Part shown: piece after piece, positions 39,177 through 51,104 of the stretch
Layout: each line of letters begins with the position of its first letter
Numbering within the stretch: the first letter of the stretch is position 1
NCBI RefSeq assembly: GCF_006345805.1
Contig: NC_043025.1
Location: forward strand, 7,068,001 to 7,132,000
Length of the DNA stretch: 64,000 bases
Source: Octopus sinensis
Taxonomy: Eukaryota
Direction: 5' to 3'
Made by a program: the position numbers and the translations under genes
Notes under the pieces: model-generated
Told to the model about the DNA's origin: nothing
What the model saw: only the letters and a program-made list of their open reading frames with translations
Database searches by the model: none

Positions 39177-40050
39177 TGAGTGAGAGAGCAGTGTATGCCA
39201 TCAAAGTGACGCTGTAGTAAAATATACGAAGCCTAGTATACCTATCATGACTACCCATCTGATAAGGGTCCACCAGGCACATGCATCACAACCATATGTG
39301 TGCGACATTGTGATCTCATATCAAGATAAACAGCACATGACCTTGCAGGTGGGGCCCAGTTAGAATTTTCTTCTGGTTGAGTAACCCATCCCACTCAAAA
39401 GGTCCCTGAATAAGGGTTGTTTAAGGATGTTGAATGAACTACCCAGGTTTCCAAAGGTGAATTATCCAAACCTCCAAGAATTCCTTTCAACACATGGCTA
39501 TGATGCTCCCCCACTACTTCTGCTCATGGTTGGAGATGCATAAATCGTCAGCCACTAAGGGACATGCTCAACTGGTTAAGGTCAACAACTGACAAGCAAA
39601 TCTGTGGTATTGAGCAGAATATTTGCTGTAGCCCATCTTTTATACCAAGACAAAACGATGTACATGATAACACTTCCAATCAGTTAAGATCAGAAGCCAT
39701 GAGAGCCACTGCCTGGAACTGCATCAGGGCATTAGCAAATCTGTGGTATTGAGCAGAATATTTGCTGTAGCCCATCTTTTATAACTGACAAAACAATGTA
39801 CATGATAACACTTCCAATCAGTTAAGATCAGAAGCCATGAGAGCCACTGCCTGGTACTGCATCAAGGCATTAGCAAATCTGTGGTATTGAACAGAATATT
39901 TGCTGTAGCCCATCTTTTATACCCAGACAAAACAATGTACATGATAACACTTCCAATTAGTTAAGATCAGAAGCCATGAGAGCCACTGCCTGGTACTGCA
40001 TCAGGGCATAGAAGCCATGAGAGCCACTGCCTGGTACTGCATCAGGGCAT
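39177..40050. mobile_element. Second copy of the same element with about 3 terminal 139-bp units
   Basis: Units at 39595, 39734, ... Confidence 0.85.
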
Positions 40051-40320
40051 TTATTATCATCATTATTTAAGGCAGCAAGCTAGTAGAATCGTGAGCACAG
40101 CAGGCAAAATGCTTAGCGGTATTTCGTCCATCCAAGTTCTGAGTTCAAATTCTGCTGGGGTCAACTTTGCCTTTCATCCTTTTTGGGTGTTGATAAAATA
40201 AGTACCAGTGAAACACTGGGGTTCATGTAATCGACTTGTCCCTTCCCCACAGATTTCAGGCCTTGTGCCTTCAGTAGAAAGGATTATTATTATTATTATT
40301 TTTACTGATTTATTTTGTAG

Positions 40321-40452
40321 GATACAAATGACAGATATCTGCGAGAAATCTTCATGACCCTCCCCCTTAAGAGGGATTATCCTGACTACTACCGAGTGAT
40401 TATGGAACCCATAGACATGTCTACGATTGAGATTAAAATCAAAACTGACAAG
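40321..40452 (+). CDS. PBRM1: Polybromo-1 exon, BD4 (DTNDRYLREIFMTLPLKRDYPDYYRVIMEPIDMSTIEIKIKTDK)
   Basis: tttgtag| and |gtaaac, 132 nt; bromodomain ZA-loop motif YPDYY..I.EP.D. Confidence 0.97.
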
Positions 40453-40545
40453 GTAAACCCGTGTTCTTACTGTTGTTGTTGTTGTCGTTGTTGTTGCTGT
40501 TGTTGTTGTTACTGAAGATCTCTCCTGCCTCATCTTGTTTTGCAG

Positions 40546-40724
40546 TACATCAGTGAACTGAAGCTTATTGCCGACTTTGAGCTGATGTTCAACAATGCGC
40601 GGCACTACAACGAGGAGGACTCCCAGGTGTACCATGACGCCAACACACTGGAGCGTGTCTTGAAGAACAAGTGGAAGTCCCTGTTGGCTCACCAGGACAC
40701 TATCAAGAAGGCCCCCGGCAAAAG
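40546..40724 (+). CDS. PBRM1: Polybromo-1 exon, BD4 C-half (YISELKLIADFELMFNNARHYNEEDSQVYHDANTLE...APGK)
   Basis: ttgcag| and |gtacgt, 179 nt, phase 0-2; matches recalled human NARHYNEEGSQVYNDA. Confidence 0.97.
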
Positions 40725-41530
40725 GTACGTCTGTCCCTCTTTCTTCCCACCCTCCGTCTGCGTGTGTGTGTGTGTCTCTGAGTACCGATGGAAGTGTCTG
40801 TGACCTCATCACCAGGATAGTATCATGATGGCCCCTTGCAAAAGGCGAGTCTGTCCCTCTTTCTCTCCCCCCCCCTCTGCATGTGTGTCTCTGAGTACTG
40901 ATGGAAGTCTCTGTGACCTCATTACCAGGATAGTATCATGATGGCCCCTGGCAAAAGGTGCGTCTATCCCTCTTTCTTCCCCCATCTGCGTGTGTGTGTC
41001 TCTGAGTACCGATGGAAGTGTCTGTGACCTCATCACCAGGATAGTATCATGATGGCCCCTGGCAAAAGGTGCGTCTGTCCCTCTTTCTCCACACCCCCCT
41101 GCATGTGTGTCTCTGAGTACCGATGGAAGTGTGAGTGACCTCATCACCAGGATAGTATCAAGAAGGCCCCTGGCAAAAGGCGCGTCTGTCCCTCTTTCTC
41201 TCCTCCCCCCTCTGCATGTGTGTCTCTGAGTACCGATGGAAGTGTCTGTGACCTCATCACCAGGATAGTATCATGATGGCCCCTGGCAAAAGGTGCGCCT
41301 GTCCCTCTTTCTCTCCCCCCTCTCTGCATGTGTGTCTCTGAGTACCGATGGAAGTGTCAGTGACCTCATCACCAAGATAGTATCATGATGGCCCCTGGCA
41401 AAAGGTGCGTCTGTCCCTCTTTCTCCCCACCCTCCGTCTGCATGTGTGTATGTCTCTGAGTACCGATGGAAGTGTGAGTGATCTCATCACCAGGATAGTA
41501 TCATGATAGCTCCTGGTTAGAAGGTTACAC
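40671..41530 (+). repeat. Tandem array (111-120 bp, 8 units) derived from the BD4 exon 3' end and donor
   Basis: caccagga..tatca.ga.ggcccc.ggcaaaagg at 40691, 40811, 40924, 41035, 41146, 41259, 41371, 41489. Confidence 0.92.
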
Positions 41531-42085
41531 CACTTCATGTTCCTGTCTCCTATTCTATCTGTATCTGCGTGTGTGTGTATGTGTGTTTGTGGTATACCTG
41601 TCTACGTGTGTGCGTATGTGTTTGTGGCGTGTCTGTCTACATGTAAATGACTATGTATGTGTGTGAGGTATCTATGTTTATATAAATGCCTGGACTGTAT
41701 AGCTGTGTGTGTGTGTGGTATATTTCTTCATGTATGTTCATGTGTGTGTAGTTTCCTTGTTTCAGTCATTTGACTGCAGCCATGCTGGAGCACCGCCTTT
41801 AATCAAACAAATCAGTCCCAGGACTTATTCTTTGTAAGCCTAGTACATATTCTATCAGTCTCTGTTGCTGAAGCGCTAAGTTACGGGGACGTAAACACGC
41901 CAACATTGGTTGTCAAGCGATGGTCGTGGGGACAAACACACACACACAAATACATACATACATATATATATACAATGGGCTTCTTTCAGTTTCCATTTAC
42001 AAAGCTTTATATATATGTGTATGTGTGTGTGTGTGTGTGTGTGTGTATTGTCAGTTGATTAATGCAAATTAATTTGTTGTTTCAG

Positions 42086-42215
42086 TAAATCCCGGTCCAA
42101 GTGTGTGTCCCCGCTGTGCATGAAGTTACAAGATCTGTTTGATACCATCAAAGACCATGCTGACTCCCGTGGACGTATGCTGTCGGCTCCTTTCCTCAAG
42201 TTACCACTGAAAACT
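42086..42215 (+). CDS. PBRM1: Polybromo-1 exon, start of BD5 (SKSRSKCVSPLCMKLQDLFDTIKDHADSRGRMLSAPFLKLPLKT)
   Basis: tttcag| and |gtgagt, 130 nt, phase 2-0; matches recalled human DKRGRRLSAIFLRLP. Confidence 0.95.
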
Positions 42216-42315
42216 GTGAGTAGTAGTAGTATTAGTAGTGTACCTGCTTGTTACTCTATTTTAAACTGAAACAAGTAAAAGAGTATATCATCATATATGC
42301 ATATATATATATATA

Positions 42316-42887
42316 TAAACAAATTCAAAATGCGATAAAATAAAATTAATTATTATCGCTGGTGTTTCTAGCACAGGCCATATATTATTCATATATAAGT
42401 ATATTAAAGGCGAAGTATGTACTAGAAACACAGAAGCTTGATAAATTTAGTGAAATGAAGATAAAAACTTTTACTAACTCTGTTCATCTTAGACTGCAGT
42501 TTCGCCTTTTTCAGCAATAAAAATATTTATTTACTCAGGTAGGCTCTTCAGTAAGATTCCTGTTATTATGAAGCGCAACTCGATAGACACATGTGCGTCT
42601 ACTAATTTGCTCTTTCTAACTAATCAGATCACTGCGTAAACGCAGAACGAACCCGACAAACTTGGGATTTCTGGTATATAGTCTAACACTCAAAATTTAT
42701 CGAGAAATATGTAAACAAATTCAAAATGCGATAAAATAAAATTAATTATTATCGCTGGTGTTTCTAGCACCGGCCATATATTATTCATATATAAGTATAT
42801 TAAAGGCGAAGTATGTACTAGAAACACAGAAGCTTGATAAATTTAGTGAAATGAAGATAAAAACTTTTACTAACTCTGTTCATCTTA
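42316..42887 (-). mobile_element. Retrozyme-like or non-autonomous Penelope-type element, 396-nt monomer present 1.44 times
   Basis: 176-bp direct repeats 42316-42491 and 42712-42887 (one mismatch seen), internal HHR, one end at the HHR cleavage site, other end in (TA)n. Confidence 0.75.
42486..42557 (-). ncRNA. Type I hammerhead ribozyme, canonical
   Basis: Minus strand: AUCUUA CUGAAGA GCCU(33-nt loop)AGGC GAAA CUGCAG UC|UAAGAU; 6-bp stem I, 4-bp stem II, palindromic stem III, GUC triplet. Confidence 0.9.
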
Positions 42888-42949
42888 TAATTATCTGTCT
42901 ATCTATCTACGTGTGTATATATAATTATGTGTCCCCCCCCCTTCTTCAG

Positions 42950-43117
42950 GAATATCCCGACTACTATGAGGTTATCAAGAGGCCAATAGACATGCAACGT
43001 ATCCAGCAACGGGTTGCATCGAATCAGTATGAATCCGTCGATGACATGGTTGCAGATTTTGTGCAGATGTTTGACAATGCCTGCAAATATAACGAACCAG
43101 ACTCGTTAATCTATAAG
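42950..43117 (+). CDS. PBRM1: Polybromo-1 exon, BD5 (EYPDYYEVIKRPIDM...FDNACKYNEPDSLIYK)
   Basis: cttcag| and |gtaagt, 168 nt; canonical bromodomain motifs. Confidence 0.97.
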
Positions 43118-43759
43118 GTAAGTGTAGTCACGGATTTATTATTTTTGTTGCTGTTGTTGATTTTTTAAACTTTTTTGTTACCTGATAATGGTTTCAGCCA
43201 TGTTGGATTTCTTGCCATGCTGGAGCACCCATAATCTTCTTCAAGAAATGTTTTTAAAACATAGTGTGCAGATAGGCGCAGGTGTGGCTGTGTGGTAAGA
43301 AGCTTGCTTCCTAACCATGTGGTTCCAGGTTCAGTCCCACTGCGCAGCACCTTGGGCAAGTGTCTCGTGAGTAGACTTGATAGATAGAAACTGGAAGAAA
43401 TCTATTATGTACACACACACACACATATATAGGTGCAGGTATAGCTCTGTGATAAGAAGCTTGCTTCTGAACCACATGGTTCTTGGTTCAGTCCCACAGC
43501 ATGGCACCTTGAGTAAATGTCTTCTACTATAGCTTCAGGCCAACTAAAGCCTTGTGACTGGATTTGGTAGACAGAAACTGGGAGAAGCATGTCATATGTA
43601 ATGTGTGTGTGTGTCTGTCTTTCCCCTACCACCATTTGACAACCGGTGTTAGTGTGTTTACATCGTTGTAACTTAGTAGTGCAGCAAAAACATTGATAAA
43701 ATATGTACCAGGTTTACACAAAAAATAAGTACTAGAGTCAATTCATTCGACTAAGGCTG

Positions 43760-44240
43760 CATCAGGCCCAGTCAGATCTGGCAGTGTTTCTACGGCTGGA
43801 TGCCCTTCCTAACGCCAACCACTTCGTGAGTGTAGTGGGTGCTTTTTACATGCCACCAGCACAGATGCCAGACGAGGCTGGCAAACGGCTATGATCGGAT
43901 GGTGCTTTTTACGTGCCACCGGCACGGGGGGCCAGGCGAGGCTGGCAAACAGCTGCGATCGGATGGTGCTTTTTACATGCCACCAGCACAGATGCCAGAC
44001 GAGGCTGGCAAACAGCTACGATCGGATGGTGCTTTTTACATGCCACCAGCACAGATGCCAGACGAGGCTGGCAAACGGCTACGATCGGATGGTGCTTTTT
44101 ACGTGCCACCGGCACGGGGGCCAAGCGAGGCTGGCAACAGCCACAATCGGATGGTGCTTTTCATGTGCCACCGGCACGGGGGCCAGGCAAGGCTGGCAAA
44201 TGGCCAGAATCAGATGGTGCTTTTTACGTGCCACCGGCAC
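43760..44240 (-). mobile_element. RTE-tail SINE/LINE 3' end (family C) with internal about 60-bp repeats; also about 1720-2040, 2340-2615, 14120-14600, 33705-34080, 35130-35395, 47070-47440
   Basis: ggatgcccttcctaacgccaaccac core, repeated ggatggtgctttttacgtgccacc units, (gat)n tail in other copies. Confidence 0.8.
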
Positions 44241-44424
44241 AAAAATAAAGCCCAGTTATTCTTTCCAGCTTAATATGATGGTGCCATTTCTGCTGTACCA
44301 ACCTGAGGCACACACTTGCAATATTGTTTCGTGTTCAATTTTTTTATATATTTGAAGAATTGTTTGTTTCATATTTGCTTATTCTTTATTCTGTTTTTTT
44401 TTATTCTTTCTCTGATGGTCCCAG

Positions 44425-44562
44425 GATGCATTGACATTGCAAAGGGTTTGCTTGGAAAAGAAACTGGAACTTAGTCTGGACGGTGTCAATGAGGTGCCAG
44501 ATATCCAAGCCATTGTCCAAGAACTGATGACAAACCTCTTCATCTCTGTCTACAACTACCAG
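44425..44562 (+). CDS. PBRM1: Polybromo-1 exon, BD5 end and BD6 start (DALTLQRVCLEKK...QELMTNLFISVYNYQ)
   Basis: cccag| and |gtcagt, 138 nt; matches recalled human DALVLHKV...QELIHNLFVSV. Confidence 0.96.
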
Positions 44563-44976
44563 GTCAGTTGCGTTCCGCTTCCCTTGTTTCCCTTCCTTCA
44601 CCACCCCTACTTCACCCTTAATTTACTTAACCCCATCTGGCATCAATCATGCAATCATTGTTCCCCTAGATGTAAATCCCAATGACATCATCATGAACAT
44701 CCAGTCGCACTTCTTGCGTGGTTTCCTGTGACTCTCTGGTGCCATCCAGTTCTATTGTCTACCATTCCTCACATTTGGCATTTCAGAAGACTTGTGATTT
44801 ATGTTGTCACAAATCTGCGCAGGAGTGGCTGTGTGGTAAGTAGCTTATTTACCGACCACATGGTTCCGGGTTCAGTCCCACTGCGTGGCACCTTGGGCAA
44901 GTGTCTTCTACTATAGCCTCGGGCCGACCAAAGCCTTGTGAGTGGATTTGGTAGATGGAAACTGAAAGAAGCCAGT

Positions 44977-45018
<42 letters not shown>

Positions 45019-45657
45019 CGCGGGCATGGCTGTGTGGTTAGGGAGCTTGCTTCCTGGCTATATGGTTTCGGGTTCAGTCCCACTGCGTGGCACTTTGGGT
45101 AGGTGTCTTCTGCTATAGCCCCGAGCCAACCGGAGCTTTGTGATTGAATTCGGTAGGTGGAAGTTACTGCCGTGTGTGTATGTGTGAGTATAGCTGCTCA
45201 GTGCCTCTCCGAAAGAGAGAGAGAGGGATGTATGTATGTGTTTGTGTGTCTGTGTTTGTCCCCCGAGCATTGCTTGACAACTGATGCTGGTGTGTTTATG
45301 TCCCCGTTACTTAGCGGTTCGGCAAAAGAGACCGATAGAATAAGGACTGGGCTTATAAAAGAATAAGTCCCAGGGTCGAGTTGCTCGACTAAAGGTGGTG
45401 GTCCAGCATGGCCGCAGTCAAATGACTGAAACAAGTAAAAGAGTAAAGAGAGATATAGGGCTCGGCTTGCATCTCCTTCAAGCTCTTCCTTGTATAGGCT
45501 CTCACAAAAGAATACCACTAACCCTTTCCTCTTTAGCTCTACAACAACACTCTGCAAAATCTGACTTTATCGTCTTTGACGGTGTCTTATATTGGATGAA
45601 GGTTTCCATACAATCACTCATTGATCACCGAGATTGTGATTTCAATTCCTAGGCCAG

Positions 45658-46510
45658 GTAGACACTGGGTCTCAATGAAGAAATGACAGGACTGGGAGTT
45701 GTGGTGATTTGCTGTACTTGATAAGACATGTTATGAAAGGATCTTTAGACACTGGGTCTCAATGAGGAAATGACAGGGGACTGGGAGATGTGGTGATTTG
45801 CTGTACTTGATAAGACATGTTAAGAAAGGATCTTTAGACACTGGGTATCAATGAGGAAATGACAGGGGACTGGGAGATGTGGTGATTTGCTGTACTTGAT
45901 AAGACATGTTAAGAAAGGATCTTTAGACACTGGGTCTCAATGAGGAAATGACAGGGGACTGGGAGATGTGGTGATTTGCTGTACTTGATAAGACATGTTA
46001 AGAAGGATCTTTAGACACTGGGTCTCAATGAGGAAATGACAGGGGACTGGGAGATGTGGTGATTTGCTGTACTTGATAAGACATGTTAAAAAAGGATCTT
46101 TAGACACTGGGTCTCAATGAGGAAATGACAGGGGACTGGGAGATGTGGTGATTTGCTGTACTTGATAAGACTGTTAAGAAAGGATCTTTAGACACTGGGT
46201 CTCAATGAGGAAATGACAGGGACTGGGAGATGTGGTGATTTGCTGTGCTTGATAAGACATGTTAAAAAAGGATCTTTAGACACTGGGTCTCAATGAGGAA
46301 ATGACAGGGGACTGGGAGATGTGGTGATTTGCTGTACTTGATAAGACATGTTAAAAAAGGCTCTTTAGACACTGGGTCTCAATGAGGAAATGACAGGGGA
46401 CTGGGAGATGTGGTGATTTGCTGTACTTGATAAGACATGTTAAAAAAGGATCTTTAGACACTGGGTCTCAATGAGGAAATGATAGGGGACTGGGAGTTGT
46501 GGTGATTTGT
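45658..46510. repeat. Tandem array, about 89-bp unit, about 9.5 copies
   Basis: gacactgggtctcaatga... repeated with period 87-89. Confidence 0.92.
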
Positions 46511-46829
46511 TGTTTTCAAATTCTGCCAAAATCGACATTTGCCCTGCATCCTTTCAGGGTCAATAAAATAAATACCAGTGAAACACTGGGGTCAATGTAA
46601 TCATCTCATCCCCCCTCCCCCAAGCTGCCCTTGTAGTAAAAATTTGAAATAATTATGAATTCATGCATATGCTTTGTGTGTTGTCAATGTTATCAGCCAC
46701 ATACATGTTACTGTTTTATTTTCTTGTGGTGGGGGGCATGGAGGTTAAAGACATCACTCTTGGATTGGTGGTGATTGGTTTGTCATTCCTTTTATTTTCT
46801 TAAATTTTTTTAATTTTTTTTTTTTTTAG

Positions 46830-46918
46830 GACGAAGAAGGTCGTTGCTATAGCGATTCTTTTGCCGAACTTCCAGAACGAGATCCTGACGAGGAGCTGGA
46901 GAGTGGAGAGCCGAAAGA
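46830..46918 (+). CDS. PBRM1: Polybromo-1 exon, BD6 (DEEGRCYSDSFAELPERDPDEELESGEPK)
   Basis: poly-T ag| and |gtaagt, 89 nt, phase 0-2; human DDEGRCYSDSLAE. Confidence 0.96.
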
Positions 46919-48599
46919 GTAAGTGGATTTATAGAAGATAATCCCTTGTGTTGGTGGATGGGTTTTGTTTGTAGGAGGGAGAGGGGTGGAGCAGGACTCG
47001 TGGGATTAGCAGAAAAGTTATGGTGGTCAGTGCAAGAGAGGCAGTGACCATTAGCCTTAATAAGTCCTTCATCATCATCATCATCGTTTAGCGTCCGCTT
47101 TCCATGCTGGCATGGGTTGGACGGTGCAACTGGGGTCTGGGAAGCCAGGAGGATGCACCAGGCCCAGTCTGATCTGGCTGGATGCCCTTCCTAATGCCAA
47201 CCACTCCATGAGTGTAGTGGGTGCTTTTTACGTGCCACCGGCACAGGTGCCAGACGAGGATGGCAAATGGCCACGATCGGATGGTGCTTTTTACGTGCCA
47301 CCTGCACAGGTGCCAGACAAGTCTGGCAAACGGCCACGGTCGGATGGTGCTTTTTACGTGCCACCGGCACGGAGGCCAGGCGAGGCTGGCAAACAGCCAC
47401 AATCGGATGGTGCTTTTTACGTGCCACCGGCACAGGGGCCAAAACAGGAAAAATAGTGATAGGCATAAGTAGGATTTTCATCATGGTCAATACAAAAGAA
47501 ATCGTGACTGTAGCCTTAGCAGAACCTTTCTTGATGGTCAAAGCAGGAGAGGTACTGACTATGGCATTTGTAAGACCTTCATAGCGGTCAACATGAGAAA
47601 GGTAGTATCTATAGCATTTGTAGGACTTTCATCATGGTCAGAGTAAAAGAGATTGTGACTGTGGCTTAGCAGGACCTTTCATGATGGTCAAAGCAGGAGA
47701 GGTACTGACTATGGCATTTGTAAGACCTTCATAGCAGTCAGTGTGAGAGCAATAGTGTGTATGGCATTAGTAGGACCTTTATCATGGTCAGAGCAAGAGA
47801 GATCATGACTGTGGCCATAGCAGGACCTTTTTTGATGGCCAAACCATGTGGTCTGGGAGTTGAGTCCCACGGTGTTGTATCTTGGGCAGGTGTCTTCTAC
47901 TATAGTTTCCAGCTGACCAAAACCTTGCTAGTGGGTTTGGTAAATGTAAACCGAAAGAAACGTCGTGTGTGGTCTTGACATTGTGTGACAGTTGTAAATG
48001 AGTGTCACTGTCATACAAGCGGTGTCGTTCATTTCCAATCTCTTGTGGGAACGTGTCTGGCTCTGGGGGCAATTTTACTTTGCTTGGAAACAGGTGATGG
48101 CTTGTGACAGGAAGAGCGTTTGACCGTTGAAATCTCTGCCTCAAATGAAGTCAGTCCAACCTGTACAAATATGGGAAAGTGGTCGTTAAATGACAATGAC
48201 TATGATGTTAACGACAATGATGATGATGATGATGATGAAGATGGTCCTCTTTTTATTTGCCAGCCCTTTCCTGTATTAAAAGTAACGACATTTTTAATTC
48301 CACTGTCTCAAGAGTGCAACATTCTCTGGCAATGTAAACAACGCCACCTTTATTATTTTTTTTTATCTCAGATGATCTCTTGTAAGGAGCAGAGATTACA
48401 TTTTACAACACACACACACACACACACATAACAGCTTCTGTAAGGTTTCCATCTATCAGTTTCACTCTCAAGGTATTGGTTGCTCTGGGACACTTGTCCA
48501 ATGTGCTATACAGTGGGACTGAACTTACGATCACCTGATTACAAAGCAAACTTGTTAACCATACAGCCACGCCATGTAATGTATTTCAATTAAAACAAC

Positions 48600-48999
48600 T
48601 CTTTTACTTGTTTCAGTCATTTGACTGCGGCCATGCTGGAGCACCACCTTTAGTCGAGCAAATCGCCCCTGGGACTTATTCTTTGTAAGCCCAGTACTTA
48701 TTCTATTGGTGTCTTTTGCTGAACCGCTAAATGACGGGGACGTAAACATACCAGCATCAGTTGTCAAGCAATACTAGGGGGACAACCACAGACACACAAA
48801 CCCATACACACACACACATATATATACATATATACGACAGGCTTCTTTCAGTTTCCATCTACCAAATCCACTCACAAGGCATTGGTCAGCCCGGGGCTAT
48901 AGCATAAGACACTTGCCCAAGATGCCACGCAGTGGGACTGAACCCGGAACCATGTGGTTGGTAAGCAAGCTACTTACCACACGGCCACTCCTGCGCCTA
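48600..48999 (-). mobile_element. SINE family A, full length
   Basis: Reverse-complement match. Confidence 0.9.
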
Positions 49000-49134
49000 G
49001 TTAAGCATACTGTAGCCTTTAGCATGCACCGTTTCCATTGCTAACATTTGGATACCACTTGTACACCGTGTTCTATGCTGTTCACTGAAATGAACGTAAT
49101 GTTCACTTAATGTTTATTTCCATTCTGTTCACAG

Positions 49135-49177
49135 GAAACCATTAACGTTCGACCAGATAAAAAGAAACTTGAATAAG
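49135..49177 (+). CDS. PBRM1: Polybromo-1 small exon, BD6 (EKPLTFDQIKRNLNK)
   Basis: tcacag| and |gtgagt, 43 nt, phase 2-0; human PPLTFDIIRKNVEN. Confidence 0.93.
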
Positions 49178-49349
49178 GTGAGTTTTTTTTTTTTTATCAT
49201 TGTTTCCTTTCGGGGTCAGTAAAATAAGGACCAGTTGAGCATTGGGGTTGATGTAATCCAATTATGCCCTTCCCTAGAAATTCCAAGCCTTCTGCTTGTA
49301 ATAAGAAAAGATTCTTTTTGTTGTTATTTACGCCAAACCAAATGCTTAA

Positions 49350-49570
49350 CCCTTTCATTACTGTATTTCTGTTGAGATGCTCTGTGTTTCTTTCAATTAC
49401 TTTAAATATAACAAAGAATTTAGTAAAATAACTTAGTTATCATTCAGTTAGTGTTAGGAACATAAATTGTGACTAAGGTTTGGTGGAAGATTTTAATTCA
49501 AAACTTATGAAAACAAGACATTTGTACTACAGAGCCAGATGTGGTTTCAGCTGGGTTGGTATCAAAAGGG
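49350..49570. mobile_element. piggyBac-type MITE
   Basis: TTAA|CCCTTT...AAAGGG|TTAA; same family at 61989-62210 and 62235-62457. Confidence 0.8.
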
Positions 49571-50018
49571 TTAATGGCGTTTGTCCGTCTTTATGTTCTG
49601 AGTTCAAATTCCATTGATGTCAGCTTTGCCTTTCATCCTTTCAAAGTCGATAAAATAAGTACCTGTTGGATACTGGGGGCAATGAAATCCCCTTTAGTCG
49701 AGCAAATCGACCCCGGGACATATTCTTTGTAAGCCCAGTACTTACTCTATCGGTCTCTTTTGCTGAACCGCTAAGTTACGGGGACGTAAACACACCAGCA
49801 TCGGTTGTCAAGTGATGTTGGGGGGGGGGACAAACACAGACACACAAACATATACACACACACACGCACATATATATATAATATATATATATATATACAC
49901 ACACATTTTATATATGTGTATATATATATATATATATGCATGCACACGCACACATACACTATATTGTAATATAATATTGTATAACATAAACATATCTGTG
50001 TTTTCTTTTTTTTAACAG

Positions 50019-50105
50019 GGTCGTTATGTCAGAGTTGACCGATTCCAAGAAGATATGTTCAAGGTCTTTGACCGTGCCAGGCAGTTGAGCAGAACTGATT
50101 CTCAG
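50019..50105 (+). CDS. PBRM1: Polybromo-1 exon, BD6 (GRYVRVDRFQEDMFKVFDRARQLSRTDSQ)
   Basis: taacag| and |gtcagt, 87 nt; human RYRRLDLFQEHMFEVLERARRMNRTDS. Confidence 0.96.
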
Positions 50106-50129
50106 GTCAGTACTCACATATATACACAC

Positions 50130-50136
50130 AAAATCT

Positions 50137-50173
<37 letters not shown>

Positions 50174-50176
50174 CTC

Positions 50177-50238
<62 letters not shown>

Positions 50239-51090
50239 ACTTACCTTTCAGTCATTATTTTTTCTGCATCTTCAACCTAATTACTTTCTCTTCCACTCTC
50301 TCCTTCTTTCACCTCTCTCTTTCACCTCTCTCTTCCACTCTCTCCCTCTTTCACCTCTCTCTTCCACTCTCTCCCTCTTTCACCTCTCTCTTCCACTCTC
50401 TCCCTCTTTCACCTCTCTCTTCCACTCTCTCCCTCTTTCACCTCTCTTTCACTCTCTCCCTCTTTCACCTCTCTCTTCCACTCTCTCCCTCTTTCACCTC
50501 TCTCTCCCTCTTTCACCTCTCTCTTCCACTCTTTCACCTCTCTCTTCCACTCTTTCACCTTTCACCCTCCTCTCCCTCTTTCACCTCTCCCTTGTACTCT
50601 CTCCCTCTTTCACCTCTATTCCACTCTCCTTTCACCTCTCTTCCACTCTCTCCCTCTTTCACCTCTCTCTTCCACTCTCTCCCTCTTTCACCTCTCTCTT
50701 CCACTCTCTCCCTCTTTCACCTCTCCCTTGTACTCTCTTCCACTCTCTCCCTTTTCACCTTTCACCCTCCTCTCCCTCTTTCACCTCTCTCTTGTACTCT
50801 CTCCCTCTTTCACCTCTCTCTTCCACTCTCTCCTTCTTTCACTCTCTCCTTCTTTCACCTCTCTCTTCAACTCTCTCCCTCTTTCACCTTTCACCCTCCT
50901 CTCCCTCTTTCACCTTTCTCCCTCTTTCACCTCTCTTCCACTCTCTCCCTCTTTCACCTCTCTCTTCTACTCTTTCTGTCATCCTCCGTTTTTTTCTTTC
51001 CATTTTTCTCTCTTCCTGTCTCTCAGTCTCTCTCTCTTTGTCTCTCTCTCTCTCTCTCTCTCTTCCCTGTCTCACCTTCCTCTGTTTCTC
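50130..51090. repeat. Pyrimidine-rich (CT) minisatellite filling the intron
   Basis: ctctccctctttcacctctctcttcca-type units. Confidence 0.9.
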
Positions 51091-51104
51091 TCCTCTCACC
51101 ACAG

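Noticed and set aside
44524-44530. CTGATGA in a PBRM1 exon
   Set aside because: Coding sequence (ELMT) without stem II, GAAA or stem I pairing
45658-46510. Regular array suggestive of CRISPR
   Set aside because: Whole units are repeated with no unique spacers; eukaryotic intron with no cas genes. The same applies to the other arrays
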